From: Octopus sinensis
Lineage: Eukaryota
Length of the DNA stretch: 64,000 bases
Assembly: GCF_006345805.1 (NCBI RefSeq)
Contig: NC_043020.1
Span: 12,152,001-12,216,000 of the forward strand
Direction: 5' to 3'
Shown here: piece after piece, positions 51,001-56,059 of the stretch
How positions within the stretch are numbered: position 1 is the first letter of the stretch
Layout: each line of letters opens with the position of its first letter
Notes under the pieces: generated by a model
Told to the model about the DNA's origin: nothing
What the model saw: the letters and a program-made list of their open reading frames with translations, nothing else
Databases searched by the model: none
Translations under genes and position numbers: made by a program

Positions 51001-52285
51001 CTTTGCCACCTTGTTTTGGGGTCAGGTTCAATGCACAGCACCATTGGCAGGTATCTGTCTTCTACTCTAGCCACAAGTTAATCAATGCTTTTTGAGTGGG
51101 TTTGGTAGATGGAAGCCTGCTATACATATGCATGTGTGTGTGTGTGTGTGTGTGACACCACTGCTTTATGCCCAGTGTTGGTTTGCTTACATCCCTGTAA
51201 CTTTGTGGTTTAGCAAGAGAGACTGATAGAATAAGTATCAAACTTTAAAAAAGAAAAAATGCTGAAGTCGATCTGTTTGACTAGAAATAATCCTTTAATG
51301 CAGAGCCCCAGCATGGCCTGTGTCCAATGACTGAAACAAGGAAATGATAAAAGATAAAGATTTTTTGTTTATATATAGGCGCAGGAGTGGCTGTGTGGTA
51401 AGTAGCTTGCTAACCAACCACATGGTTCCGGGTTCAGTCCCACTGCGTGGCACCTTGGGCAAGTTTCTTCTACTATAGCCTCGGGCCGACCAATGCCTTG
51501 TGAGTGGATTTGGTAGACGGAAACTGAAGGAAGCCCTTCGTAAATATATATATGTGTGTTTGTGTGTGTGTCCCCCAACATTGCTTAACAACCGATGCTG
51601 GTGTATTTATATCCCCATAACTTAGTGGTTTTGGCAAAAGAGACCGATAGAATAAGTACTAGGCTTACAAAGAATAAGTCCTGGGGTTGATTTGCTCAGC
51701 TAAAGGCGGTGCTCCAGCATGGCCACAGTCAAATGACTGAAACAAGTAAAAGAGTATGCCAGGCAGAATGCATAGTGACATTTTGTTCTTTATGTTCTGA
51801 GTTCAAATTCTGCTGAGGTTGACTTTGCCTTGGCAGAACTGTTAGCATGCTTAGCAACATTTAGTTCTTTCTGTTCTGAGTTCAAATTCCGCTGAGGTTG
51901 ACTTTGCCTTGTGGTGAGCTGGCCGAATTGTTAGCTTGCTGGGCGAAATGCTTAGTGGTATTTCGTCTGTCTTCATGTTCTGAGATCCAGTTCCTCTGAG
52001 GTCCACTTTGCCTTGGGGCCAATAAATTAAGTACCAGTGAAACACTGGGGTTGATGTAATCAACTAGTCCCCCTCCTTCAAAATTTTAGGTTTTGTGCCT
52101 TTAATGAAAAAGATTATTATTATTATTATTATTATAATATTTAGAATTTTTCTTTCACTTCTGTTTCAGAGATGTTAGCTGCCCTCAACAGACCAGCACC
52201 TGTGAACACTAACAGGGAGAGACGTGTACGTTATCAACACCCCAAGGGTGCTCCTGATGCAGACTTGATCTTCGGATCAAAGTGA
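1842..52285 (+). CDS. UPF2: UPF2 / regulator of nonsense transcripts 2, multi-exon gene (30 coding exons in window, 5' part missing)
   Basis: The 30 AG..GT-bounded exons join with consistent phases into 2878 nt (1 nt + 959 codons including TGA). Peptides match UPF2 motifs known from vertebrates: LPNCVNRELIDK, RKKDQINIE, DFTHHNIEMACALLETCG, YLGELYNYRMVES, HLFRIRLVCVLLDTCGQYF, MTKKGNKQQ, YQHPKGAPDADLIF. Confidence 0.97.
2142..2176 (-). ncRNA. Degenerate minimal type-I hammerhead ribozyme motif
   Basis: Minus strand gttt-CCGACTA-A-GAGC(tcc)GCTC-GAAA-CGT-T-aaac; core differs from CUGANGA at two positions. Confidence 0.45.
2280..2500 (+). repeat. Unclassified interspersed repeat (also about 27690-27875 and 28030-28200 on +, about 11640-11830 on -)
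   Basis: Shared text ..catcccactaccaagtatgacat..cataaacacaagagtattatagtagattatctcgg.. Confidence 0.65.
2693..3080 (+). mobile_element. SINE family S1, diverged copy
   Basis: Head, core and tail align by eye to S1. Confidence 0.75.
3255..3607 (+). mobile_element. RTE-LINE 3' end (family R) with internal minisatellite units
   Basis: Conserved tail ending gatgatgat. Confidence 0.75.
3682..3813 (+). CDS. UPF2: UPF2 exon 2 (132 nt)
   Basis: gacag|ATG..CAG|gtaagt; MLPPERQKACRNLLKEYYATLCKHLKKLHKDLKTIEQQNRKILQ. Confidence 0.95.
3917..4296 (-). mobile_element. tRNA-derived SINE family S2 (head ggaggcgcaatggcccagtggttagggcagcggac)
   Basis: Near-identical copies at 14155, 29757, 43305 and 52436; tRNA-like A and B boxes. 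Confidence 0.85.
4365..4690 (-). mobile_element. CR1-type LINE 3' fragment, family C2 (also about 31725-32005 and 34455-34720, both -)
   Basis: Minus strand encodes a CR1 ORF2 C-terminus-like LRGHSEKLYLRRFHLNRRRGAFSVRVADPWNKLP; shared ttaagttaag tail. Confidence 0.8.
4695..5029 (-). mobile_element. piggyBac-like MITE family P1 with a 144-bp internal tandem repeat
   Basis: Ends ctaaaggg|TTAA at 5030-5033; atgcattatc recurs at 4731 and 4875. Confidence 0.75.
5089..5181 (+). CDS. UPF2: UPF2 exon 3 (93 nt)
   Basis: tttcag|ACG..GCA|gtacgt; TKGELSNERKENYETAIVNYQKLQQNTYTLA. Confidence 0.95.
5956..6573. mobile_element. hAT-like MITE containing a nested CR1 3' fragment
   Basis: TIRs cagtgcttttcaa / ttgaaaaccactg; 8-bp flanks gtctatag / gtccttag (6/8 match). 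Confidence 0.7.
6046..6425 (+). mobile_element. CR1-type LINE 3' fragment, family C1 (also about 17320-17810, 49884-50240, 59240-59615, all -)
   Basis: Encodes NSEHLFKLHPSNTRGHIYKVRKQHSSHDFRKHFFTLRVAEAWNKLPASVV, a typical CR1 ORF2 C-terminus. Confidence 0.85.
6701..6740 (+). CDS. UPF2: UPF2 exon 4 (40 nt)
   Basis: attcag|GAT..GAA G|gtaagt; DLLDEEIPDLPEE. Confidence 0.93.
6947..7012. repeat. 22-bp tandem repeat x3
   Basis: Units aaatgactatatggtgtccgtc at 6947, 6969 and 6991. Confidence 0.85.
7096..7157 (+). CDS. UPF2: UPF2 exon 5 (62 nt)
   Basis: ttcag|AG CTT..GAA|gtaagt; (E)LKQDSEGAMFDIFNPIKNAE. Confidence 0.92.
7541..8105 (-). mobile_element. SINE family S3 (head ggcggtgagctggcagaa; Meta-domain-like core gtcgactttgcctttcatcctttcggggtcg) as a tandem trimer, 184-bp period
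   Basis: agaggacaa recurs at 7542, 7726 and 7910; only the last unit has the head. Confidence 0.85.
8192..8920 (-). mobile_element. Nested fragments of family R (8192-8295, 8505-8730) and SINE S1 (8360-8505, 8725-8920)
   Basis: Recognisable blocks of both families, interleaved. Confidence 0.65.
9196..9580 (-). mobile_element. SINE family S1, full-length
   Basis: Complete head-to-tail match. Confidence 0.85.
9893..9985 (+). CDS. UPF2: UPF2 exon 6 (93 nt)
   Basis: cttag|TTC..GGG|gtaagt; FHYEGDTSLFEDEDTRTFYESLPDLRSLIPG. Confidence 0.95.
10298..10495 (-). mobile_element. RTE-LINE 3' end (family R)
   Basis: catcatcat tail plus conserved block. Confidence 0.75.
10919..10991 (+). CDS. UPF2: UPF2 exon 7 (73 nt)
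   Basis: cgtag|ATC..GAA G|gtacac; ILYKESEHASSKDETKEDVTALEE. Confidence 0.92.
12542..12703 (+). CDS. UPF2: UPF2 exon 8 (162 nt, acidic linker)
   Basis: accag|AT ATT..ATA G|gttggt; (D)IETLKIEDIDTEMEFEQKELPVETLVKDKDDNKERLKDDDIEEELDMIHQPDI. Confidence 0.9.
12865..13160 (+). mobile_element. RTE-LINE 3' end (family R) with about 2.5 minisatellite units
   Basis: Repeated acgtaaaaagca(c/a)catccgatcgtggcc units followed by the tail. Confidence 0.75.
13835..14042 (+). mobile_element. SINE family S3, monomer (other monomers about 32520-32746 -, 48967-49197 +)
   Basis: Head, core and tail match S3. Confidence 0.8.
14155..14535 (-). mobile_element. SINE family S2
   Basis: Full-length match. Confidence 0.85.
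14680..14964 (-). mobile_element. S2-related tRNA SINE with a different 3' half
   Basis: S2-like head and gagaaagttgtgg block, then a distinct tail. Confidence 0.6.
15005..15422 (+). mobile_element. SINE family S1
   Basis: Match to S1 with a long internal (TA)n. Confidence 0.85.
15591..15685 (+). CDS. UPF2: UPF2 exon 9 (95 nt)
   Basis: ttgcag|AA GAA..AAG|gtacca; (E)EEGDTGHLMKAQFDTFLQSLPNCVNRELIDK. Confidence 0.96.
16725..16810 (+). CDS. UPF2: UPF2 exon 10 (86 nt)
   Basis: tttcag|AAT..ACC AG|gttagt; NAVDFCMSFNTKTNRKKLVRALFTVHRT(R). Confidence 0.96.
16945..17275 (-). mobile_element. tRNA-derived SINE family S4 (head gtgaaggcgcatggctcagtggttagagcg; CORE-like gtgttcttgagcaaggcact); second copy about 49618-49883
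   Basis: tRNA-like head; two near-identical bodies. Confidence 0.8.
18011..18432. mobile_element. MITE with TIR GGATCTTTTCGGTTTGAAC and 8-bp TSD
   Basis: Flanks atttggtg / atttgatg; inverted relative to the copy at 21182. Confidence 0.8.
19005..19113 (+). CDS. UPF2: UPF2 exon 11 (109 nt)
   Basis: ttcag|A TAC..CAT|gtaagt; YDLLPFYSRLVATLYPCMPDVANDLVHLLKGDFRWH. Confidence 0.96.
19435..19492 (+). CDS. UPF2: UPF2 exon 12 (58 nt)
   Basis: ctccag|ATA..ATT G|gttagt; IRKKDQINIESKLKTVRFI. Confidence 0.96.
19727..20153 (+). mobile_element. Two fused piggyBac-like P1 MITEs
   Basis: TTAA|ccctttag at 19723-19727; gggTTAAactggcc junction at 19943-19956; ggg|TTAA at 20151-20157. Confidence 0.75.
20390..20685 (+). 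mobile_element. RTE-LINE 3' end (family R)
   Basis: Conserved block plus (GAT)n tail. Confidence 0.75.
21182..21594. mobile_element. MITE with TIR GGATCTTTTCGGTTTGAA and perfect 8-bp TSD
   Basis: TSD taaaaagt at 21174-21181 and 21595-21602. Confidence 0.85.
22165..22480 (+). mobile_element. RTE-LINE 3' end (family R)
   Basis: Conserved block plus tail. Confidence 0.75.
22755..23160 (+). mobile_element. SINE family S1, full-length
   Basis: Complete match. Confidence 0.88.
23169..23889. mobile_element. TA-flanked Tc1/mariner (Tigger/pogo-like) MITE with a nested family R copy (about 23240-23535, -)
   Basis: TA|caggtcgttgtcgacttacgacc ... ggtcataagttgatgaagacctg|TA; a second left end at about 23949-24030. 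Confidence 0.6.
24212..24267 (+). CDS. UPF2: UPF2 exon 13 (56 nt)
   Basis: ggtag|GT GAA..AAG|gtaaaa; (G)ELVKFKMFPKTETLFCLK. Confidence 0.95.
25292..25832 (-). mobile_element. Diverged SINE S1 containing a local inverted duplication
   Basis: S1 tail, core and head present; 25433-25513 is the reverse complement of 25538-25618. Confidence 0.75.
25980..26096 (+). CDS. UPF2: UPF2 exon 14 (117 nt)
   Basis: ttccag|AAT..CTT|gtaagt; NLLVDFTHHNIEMACALLETCGRYLYRQMDSHHRTKVYL. Confidence 0.96.
26296..26481 (+). CDS. UPF2: UPF2 exon 15 (186 nt)
   Basis: ctccag|GAC..AAG|gtgata; DVVMRKKAALHLDSRYITMIENAYYYSNPPE..LLYKDLSKVTTEK. Confidence 0.96.
27413..27454 (+). CDS. UPF2: UPF2 exon 16 (42 nt)
   Basis: ggcag|GTA..GAG|gtaaga; VLRQMRKLDWDNPE. 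Confidence 0.95.
28572..28779 (+). mobile_element. piggyBac-like P1 MITE monomer (others 32903-33124, about 42040-42240, 45745-45964, 50526-50745, partial about 61322-61505)
   Basis: TTAA|ccctttag ... aaggg|TTAA. Confidence 0.8.
29072..29436 (+). mobile_element. piggyBac-like P1 MITE with a 144-bp internal duplication
   Basis: gcatttaaac recurs at 29079 and 29223; ends aaaggg|TTAA. Confidence 0.8.
29513..29614 (+). CDS. UPF2: UPF2 exon 17 (102 nt)
   Basis: ggcag|GTT..CAT|gtaagt; VAFYATKCLTAVWNIRYNSIHCAANLLAGLAPYH. Confidence 0.96.
29757..30142 (+). mobile_element. SINE family S2
   Basis: Full-length match. Confidence 0.88.
30404..30815 (+). mobile_element. SINE family S1, full-length
   Basis: Complete match. 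Confidence 0.88.
30929..30988 (+). CDS. UPF2: UPF2 exon 18 (60 nt)
   Basis: ctgtag|GAG..GAG|gtaagc; ELVAIQVVDGILEDIRIGME. Confidence 0.96.
33318..33627 (+). mobile_element. RTE-LINE 3' end (family R) with minisatellite units
   Basis: Repeated gtgccggtggcacgtaaaa units plus tail. Confidence 0.75.
33724..33862 (+). CDS. UPF2: UPF2 exon 19 (139 nt)
   Basis: ttatag|ATC..GAA G|gtaagt; INHPKYNQRRVSAIKYLGELYNYRMVESSVIFKVLYSFISFGISLE. Confidence 0.97.
35407..35546 (+). CDS. UPF2: UPF2 exon 20 (140 nt)
   Basis: ttgcag|AT AAC..CAG|gtagag; (D)NVPSALDLPDHLFRIRLVCVLLDTCGQYFDKGSSKKKLDYFLVYFQ. Confidence 0.97.
35820..36345 (-). mobile_element. Long family R copy including the RTE ORF2 C-terminal end
   Basis: Minus strand reads TEEM..(frameshift)RDL.RYA..KT, resembling an RTE ORF2 end, and continues into the 3' UTR and family R tail. 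Confidence 0.6.
36343..36780. repeat. 182-bp tandem repeat (2 units plus a partial), related to the family R minisatellite
   Basis: tctgtg recurs at 36343, 36525 and 36707. Confidence 0.85.
36860..37103 (+). mobile_element. Second RTE-like LINE family, ORF2 C-terminal fragment
   Basis: ..CCRAENEVISTLLLWKPSTRDTRGRTLSYPDVISSDTGIQQQDLRNAMMDREVWRSMV..*. Confidence 0.65.
37258..37441 (+). CDS. UPF2: UPF2 exon 21 (184 nt)
   Basis: ttacag|AGG..ATT G|gtgagc; RYYWFKKKLPLWTEDHPFPVDVDNLVRDTIEAVRPKLKLLESEEDAYKAVEDLEKEIKAKI. Confidence 0.96.
37527..38083 (+). mobile_element. mariner internal-deletion derivative
   Basis: TA flanks; TIR ttgggttgtccggaaagtttttgccgattt; degenerate transposase C-terminus LGWDVLPHPPYSPDIAPSDFHL..ERWRCIVQRNGSYL. 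Confidence 0.9.
38326..38415 (+). CDS. UPF2: UPF2 exon 22 (90 nt)
   Basis: tctag|CT GAA..GAT G|gtaagt; (A)EVLPIIDTYDEMETNGLEECGFSTIIESD; the sequence is poorly conserved but the phases fit. Confidence 0.85.
38470..38853 (-). mobile_element. SINE family S1, full-length (also 40200-40605 and 41105-41486, both -)
   Basis: Complete matches. Confidence 0.88.
39087..39793 (+). mobile_element. piggyBac-like MITE family P2, tandem trimer (monomer at about 57059-57256)
   Basis: TTAA|ccctttcgt ... acgaaaggg|TTAA; units start at 39331 and 39572, separated by spacer tttaatcacacaac. Confidence 0.85.
40824..40972 (+). ncRNA. Fold-back element with a degenerate type-I hammerhead at its apex
   Basis: tctaga-CCAATGA-t-GGG(caaaga)CCC-t-GAAA-CATGCATGT-C-tctaga; stem I extends imperfectly about 55 bp to (TA)n. 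Confidence 0.55.
41581..41690 (+). CDS. UPF2: UPF2 exon 23 (110 nt; donor uncertain)
   Basis: tttcag|AG GAA..AAT GAT|gttagt; (E)ELSQNLSQVNNDENLIESETSQDDPSQSRTGSQVND; an alternative in-frame donor follows 41681. Confidence 0.8.
42332..42421 (+). CDS. UPF2: UPF2 exon 24 (90 nt, acidic)
   Basis: actag|GGT..CAG|gtaaga; GEDYANSVHSEEDEEEDLLESAGEDETEDQ. Confidence 0.88.
42455..42865 (+). mobile_element. SINE family S3, tandem dimer
   Basis: Head-bearing unit followed by a headless unit through the junction aaagaaacag|gtatttcatctgc. Confidence 0.8.
43305..43683 (+). mobile_element. SINE family S2
   Basis: Match, lacking the first few bases. Confidence 0.85.
43958..44053 (+). CDS. UPF2: UPF2 exon 25 (96 nt)
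   Basis: tttcag|GTC..CAG|gtatgt; VTVLTGGPKHIKCTEDEDFLSAFDRMMADNLQ. Confidence 0.95.
44690..45190 (+). mobile_element. RTE LINE ORF2 fragment (post-RT region), degenerate
   Basis: MLHGSETWAVTAKDMCRLERNE..RRLHWYGRV, then GRGRPRK-like and LGLTAEVTK. Confidence 0.8.
45496..45577 (+). CDS. UPF2: UPF2 exon 26 (82 nt)
   Basis: ttgcag|GCT..CAA T|gtaagt; ARSQESLKVPQLDIAVPMHLRGQVRKQ; an alternative donor gtaagc lies 9 nt upstream. Confidence 0.93.
46362..46441 (+). CDS. UPF2: UPF2 exon 27 (80 nt)
   Basis: tttag|TT ACA..CAG|gtaagt; (F)TFPQNNIEHNDTIKFVLMTKKGNKQQ. Confidence 0.94.
48090..48455 (+). mobile_element. RTE-LINE 3' end (family R) with about 4 minisatellite units (another copy at 48658-48950)
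   Basis: Units cacgtaaaagcaccatcc(g/a)ttcgtg.ccgttgccagc.. Confidence 0.78.
49282..49344 (+). CDS. UPF2: UPF2 exon 28 (63 nt)
   Basis: aacag|TAT..CGG|gtgagt; YTNLNVPISTEFAAKFKERER. Confidence 0.94.
50352..50500. repeat. 76-bp tandem duplication
   Basis: ggaaatagata..catcctgt at 50352 and 50428. Confidence 0.85.
50811..50889 (+). CDS. UPF2: UPF2 exon 29 (79 nt)
   Basis: ttcag|GCT..CAA G|gtagta; AERAEKEQMKQVVLGIHERQEEEDYQ. Confidence 0.95.
51378..51755 (+). mobile_element. SINE family S1
   Basis: Full-length match. Confidence 0.85.
52170..52285 (+). CDS. UPF2: UPF2 exon 30, coding part to TGA
   Basis: tttcag|AG ATG..AAG TGA; (E)MLAALNRPAPVNTNRERRVRYQHPKGAPDADLIFGSK*. Confidence 0.93.
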
Positions 52286-52435
52286 GTTGTCACTGCTTCC
52301 CATACTTCAGGTGCAACATTATTGATCTCGTTTGTTGGGATTCACGATTACTTACCTTTGTTTGTGTGTTCGTCTTTTACTCACTCCGTAGCTCCCCAAC
52401 AATACTTTCTACTAGGCAGTAAAAGGGACACTAGT

Positions 52436-52803
52436 GGAGGTGCAATGGCCCAGTGGTTAGGGCAGCGGACTCGCGGTTTCAATGCCCAGACCGGGCGTTG
52501 TGAGTGTTTATTGAGCGAAAACACCTAAAGCTCCACGAGGCTCCGGCAGGGGATGGTGGTGATCCCTGCTGTACTCTTTCACCACAACTTTCTCTCACTC
52601 TTACTTCCTGTTTCTGTTGTACCTGTATTTCAAAGGACCGGCCTTGTCACTCTCTGTGTCACGCTGAATATCCCCGAGAACTACGTTAAGGGTGCACGTG
52701 TCTGTGGAGTGCTCAGCCACTTACACGTTAATTTCACGAGCAGGCTGTTCCGTTGATTCGGATCAACCGGAACCCTCGTCGTCTTAACCGACGGAGTGCT
52801 TCC
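52436..52803 (+). mobile_element. SINE family S2, 150 nt downstream of the UPF2 stop
   Basis: Match with a short deletion in the head. Confidence 0.85.
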
Positions 52804-52985
52804 AATACAAATAAGAAAATGGAGAAACAATTTAGTTGGTTCATCAGCTTTCGGATATTAGAATGTTGACTTATTTATTTATTTAACAAAAACCTTAATA
52901 ACATACATATTTACATTATAATTCAATACATATAAGATAAGAATACAATTATAAAAATCTTAATATAAATTATTGAAATCATTAA

Positions 52986-53118
52986 AATCACCCTTACAGC
53001 TGTTTCAGTCTATGGAAAAAAGTAATTTTTCAGTGCCTATAGTTGTCAATTATATTGAGGTTGTAAGGTATTTAAAAATAGGGTACTTATATATAACCCA
53101 TAGGCCTCGTCAGAGATT
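52986..53118 (-). ncRNA. Type-I hammerhead ribozyme motif A (intact core, long stem II)
   Basis: aatct-CTGACGA-ggcctatgg..82 nt..ccatagact-GAA-ACAGCTGT-A-ag(ggtg)att. Confidence 0.65.
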
Positions 53119-53297
53119 ATAAAGAACTTTCAAAATATAAATACTGAAACAGGATACATGTACAATTTAATATATATAAACAAATATAAACAAATATATA
53201 TAAATATAAACATGGAATGGTGGTGCCCCAGCATGGCCACAGCTCGTGAGCTGAAACTAGATAAAATATAAATATATCAAAATATAAATATCCATAT

Positions 53298-53338
<41 letters not shown>

Positions 53339-53695
53339 CATACATACATACATACATACATAAGCAAAGTATATATGCTTTTACAAGTGTATAAATACAT
53401 AAATAAGCACAATTAAACAATAGGTCCAAGAAAATAGACCATTCGTCATATACATACTGGAACATATACATACATCCATGCTCATGACTACATAAACAAT
53501 CACTTAGTGGGTTGGATCCACAACCCCTAACTTATTTGGTGTGTATATACACACATACACACACTGTATTTTGAAATAATAGCATGAAATTCAATATCAA
53601 AAAAATTTCTCGCGAATATATATATATATGTCTAAAATAGTATTGTATTAGAAATGTATATAAATATATGAAACACGACAGCTTAAAATTTTGTT

Positions 53696-53790
53696 AATGC
53701 ACCTTACGATCGTTTCATGAATGTATTGTCATTACATTGGAATCCATTGTCGATGCACATTGATAGACAATACTCCGCTCGTCAGAGATT
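53696..53790 (-). ncRNA. Type-I hammerhead ribozyme motif B (intact core)
   Basis: aatct-CTGACGA-gcggagtattgtc..35 nt..gacaatacattcat-GAA-ACGATCGT-A-ag(gtgc)att. Confidence 0.7.
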
Positions 53791-53811
53791 GAGAAGATAA
53801 AGTTTATATAA

Positions 53812-54207
53812 TACTAGCAGTATCGCCCGGCGTTGCTCGGGTTTGTAAGGGAAATAACTATATAAGCAATTTTAGAGAGTTATAGCCAAAAAATAGCAAA
53901 AAAATGCATTAAAAACAAAATGATGGTAAATTTTTTTTTAAATCGTTGACTTATCGTAGACATTTTTAGAGAGTTACTTCCCTTATATAATAGCGAAAAA
54001 AATGCATTTAAATGGGGGAAAAAATGATGGTAAATTTTTTTTTAAATCGTAGACTCATCGTAGACGCGCGCTAATACCCAGAAGGACTCGATATGAATCA
54101 CGACTATAAGACTATTGGTTAAACTGCACTGCAGAATGTGGGAGTAGTTAGGAATCTAAATCGGAGGAGACAGACATACACAAAACTTCAGTTTTATATA
54201 TAAAGAT
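53812..54207 (+). mobile_element. Non-autonomous Helitron/Helentron-like element (second copy 59914-60304)
   Basis: 5' actagcagtatcgcccggcgttgctcggg hairpin; 3' cagaca repeat and ttttatatataaagat end; two copies align end to end; superfamily is inferred from the end structure. Confidence 0.6.
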
Positions 54208-54624
54208 ATTGAATGTTGATTTAAAATTAGAAAAATATAAAGGAAAGTATTTTTGAAAATAGATTAAAATTTACTGCTTTAGATTCATACAGGTCGACTT
54301 TGGTAAATTAAATTTAAATAAATAACTAAAATTTAATTAACAAACTTTCAAGTTGTCATGTTTCATATATTTATATATATTTTTAGTACAATACTATTTT
54401 AGACATATATATCTTTGTGAGAAATTTTTTTGATATTGAATTTCATGCTATTATTTCAAAATACAGTATATATAATCACTCGTATTAATGTCTAAATATT
54501 TTATAGTATTAATATTTCTGATATTTTATACAAAGAGCACTCATTATAAATTCAGTGTATAATATTCTAATAGAATATATTTAATTAATGATATATGTAT
54601 ACACACACACACACTAAGTTTTGA

Positions 54625-54810
54625 CAAGGTGGCACGTAAAAGCACCCACTACACTCTCGGAGTGGTTGGCGTTACGAAGGACATCCAGATGTAGAAACTC
54701 TGCCAGATCAGATTGGAGCCTGGTGCAGCCATCTGGCTCACCAGTCCCCCAATCAAATCGTCCAACCCATGCTAGCATGGAAAGCGGACGTTAAATGATG
54801 ATGTTGATGA
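54625..54810 (+). mobile_element. RTE-LINE 3' end (family R)
   Basis: Conserved block plus tail. Confidence 0.75.
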
Positions 54811-56059
54811 TAATACACACACACAAACACACACTCTACTGTATATCTACTTCTAATTTGCAAGTTTGCACTGGAAATTTAACCTGTAGCTTTTTACTTC
54901 TCTTTTAGATTGTGGTAAGGCTCAAATTTGTTGAAGAAATGACTCTTACGCTACTTGTGAGATTCTTGTTAGTGGTCAATGCTTAGTTTTGGTTTTATGA
55001 TGATAATTTAAATGAGAAATGACTAAATTTGGCAGCTATTACTACTTGCTGGTTGAAATGCCTAGGTAATAATTCCTTTATTGGGAGCCTCTTAACTACT
55101 AACAGTTCCTTAAACTTCTGCCATCTGTTACCATTCTGTTATTACTGCATTGGTACTGTCTTCTCATACTGATTATAGTTAACCACTGGCAACAGAACTA
55201 TTTTAGACATATATATCTTCGTGAGAAATTTTTTTTGGTATTGAATTTCATGCTATTATTTCAAAATACAGTATATATAATTGCTCGTTTTAATGTCTTA
55301 ATAATTTACAGATTGGTGAAAGGTTTCTCACCTGAACCCAATACTGTGTTTTGTTTGTTGTCAAGGCTTTTAACTCTGAGACAACTCAGTCCATTTAACT
55401 GTAGGATAGAGATCATTCAATATTGTAAACAAGCGGGTGCAGCACTATTAAATTGATGAATGTTCCCTTAGCTTACTACTTATCCTATTTATACTCTTCT
55501 CCTATGCCTCCCCTATAAGCCATCCCTTCCATTATAACTTCTGCACCACCCATCATCATCATTTAACATCCGTGTTCTATACTGTCATGAATTGGATGGT
55601 TTGAAAGGATCCGATGGGTCCAATGACTCCATACTCCAGTGTCTTCTTTGGCAGTGTTTCTATAGCTGGATCTCTTCCCAATGCCATCCATTTTACAAAC
55701 TGTACCGAGTTCTTTTTCCATGTCACTACTGGCACTAGTGAGGCCACCATGCATCTCACAACATTACAGAACTCAAGATGGAGTGGGTGTATGGGGCAGC
55801 TTTATGCTAAGGGATAAAGATAGTGTGAGAGAAAGGACAGGTGTGATCCTATTTATACTCTTCTCCTATGCCTCCCCTATAACCCATTCCTTTCAGGGAC
55901 CTACGAAATAGATTTGAAAAAATTAAGCAACAAATAAATATCCTGTTATTGAACCTACCCCAGTCAGCTCCCATTTTGCCTATAGTTTATGGGTGGATGG
56001 GTTCTACCAGGCTGACTTAGTCATAGAAGAAGTATCTTCTATGCTCTTGACCTCTGTAT

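Noticed and set aside
54909-54914. 6-nt microexon (tag|attgtg|gtaagg)
   Set aside because: The splice-like flanks could arise by chance in AT-rich DNA; there is no homology support, so it is kept only as a candidate acceptor
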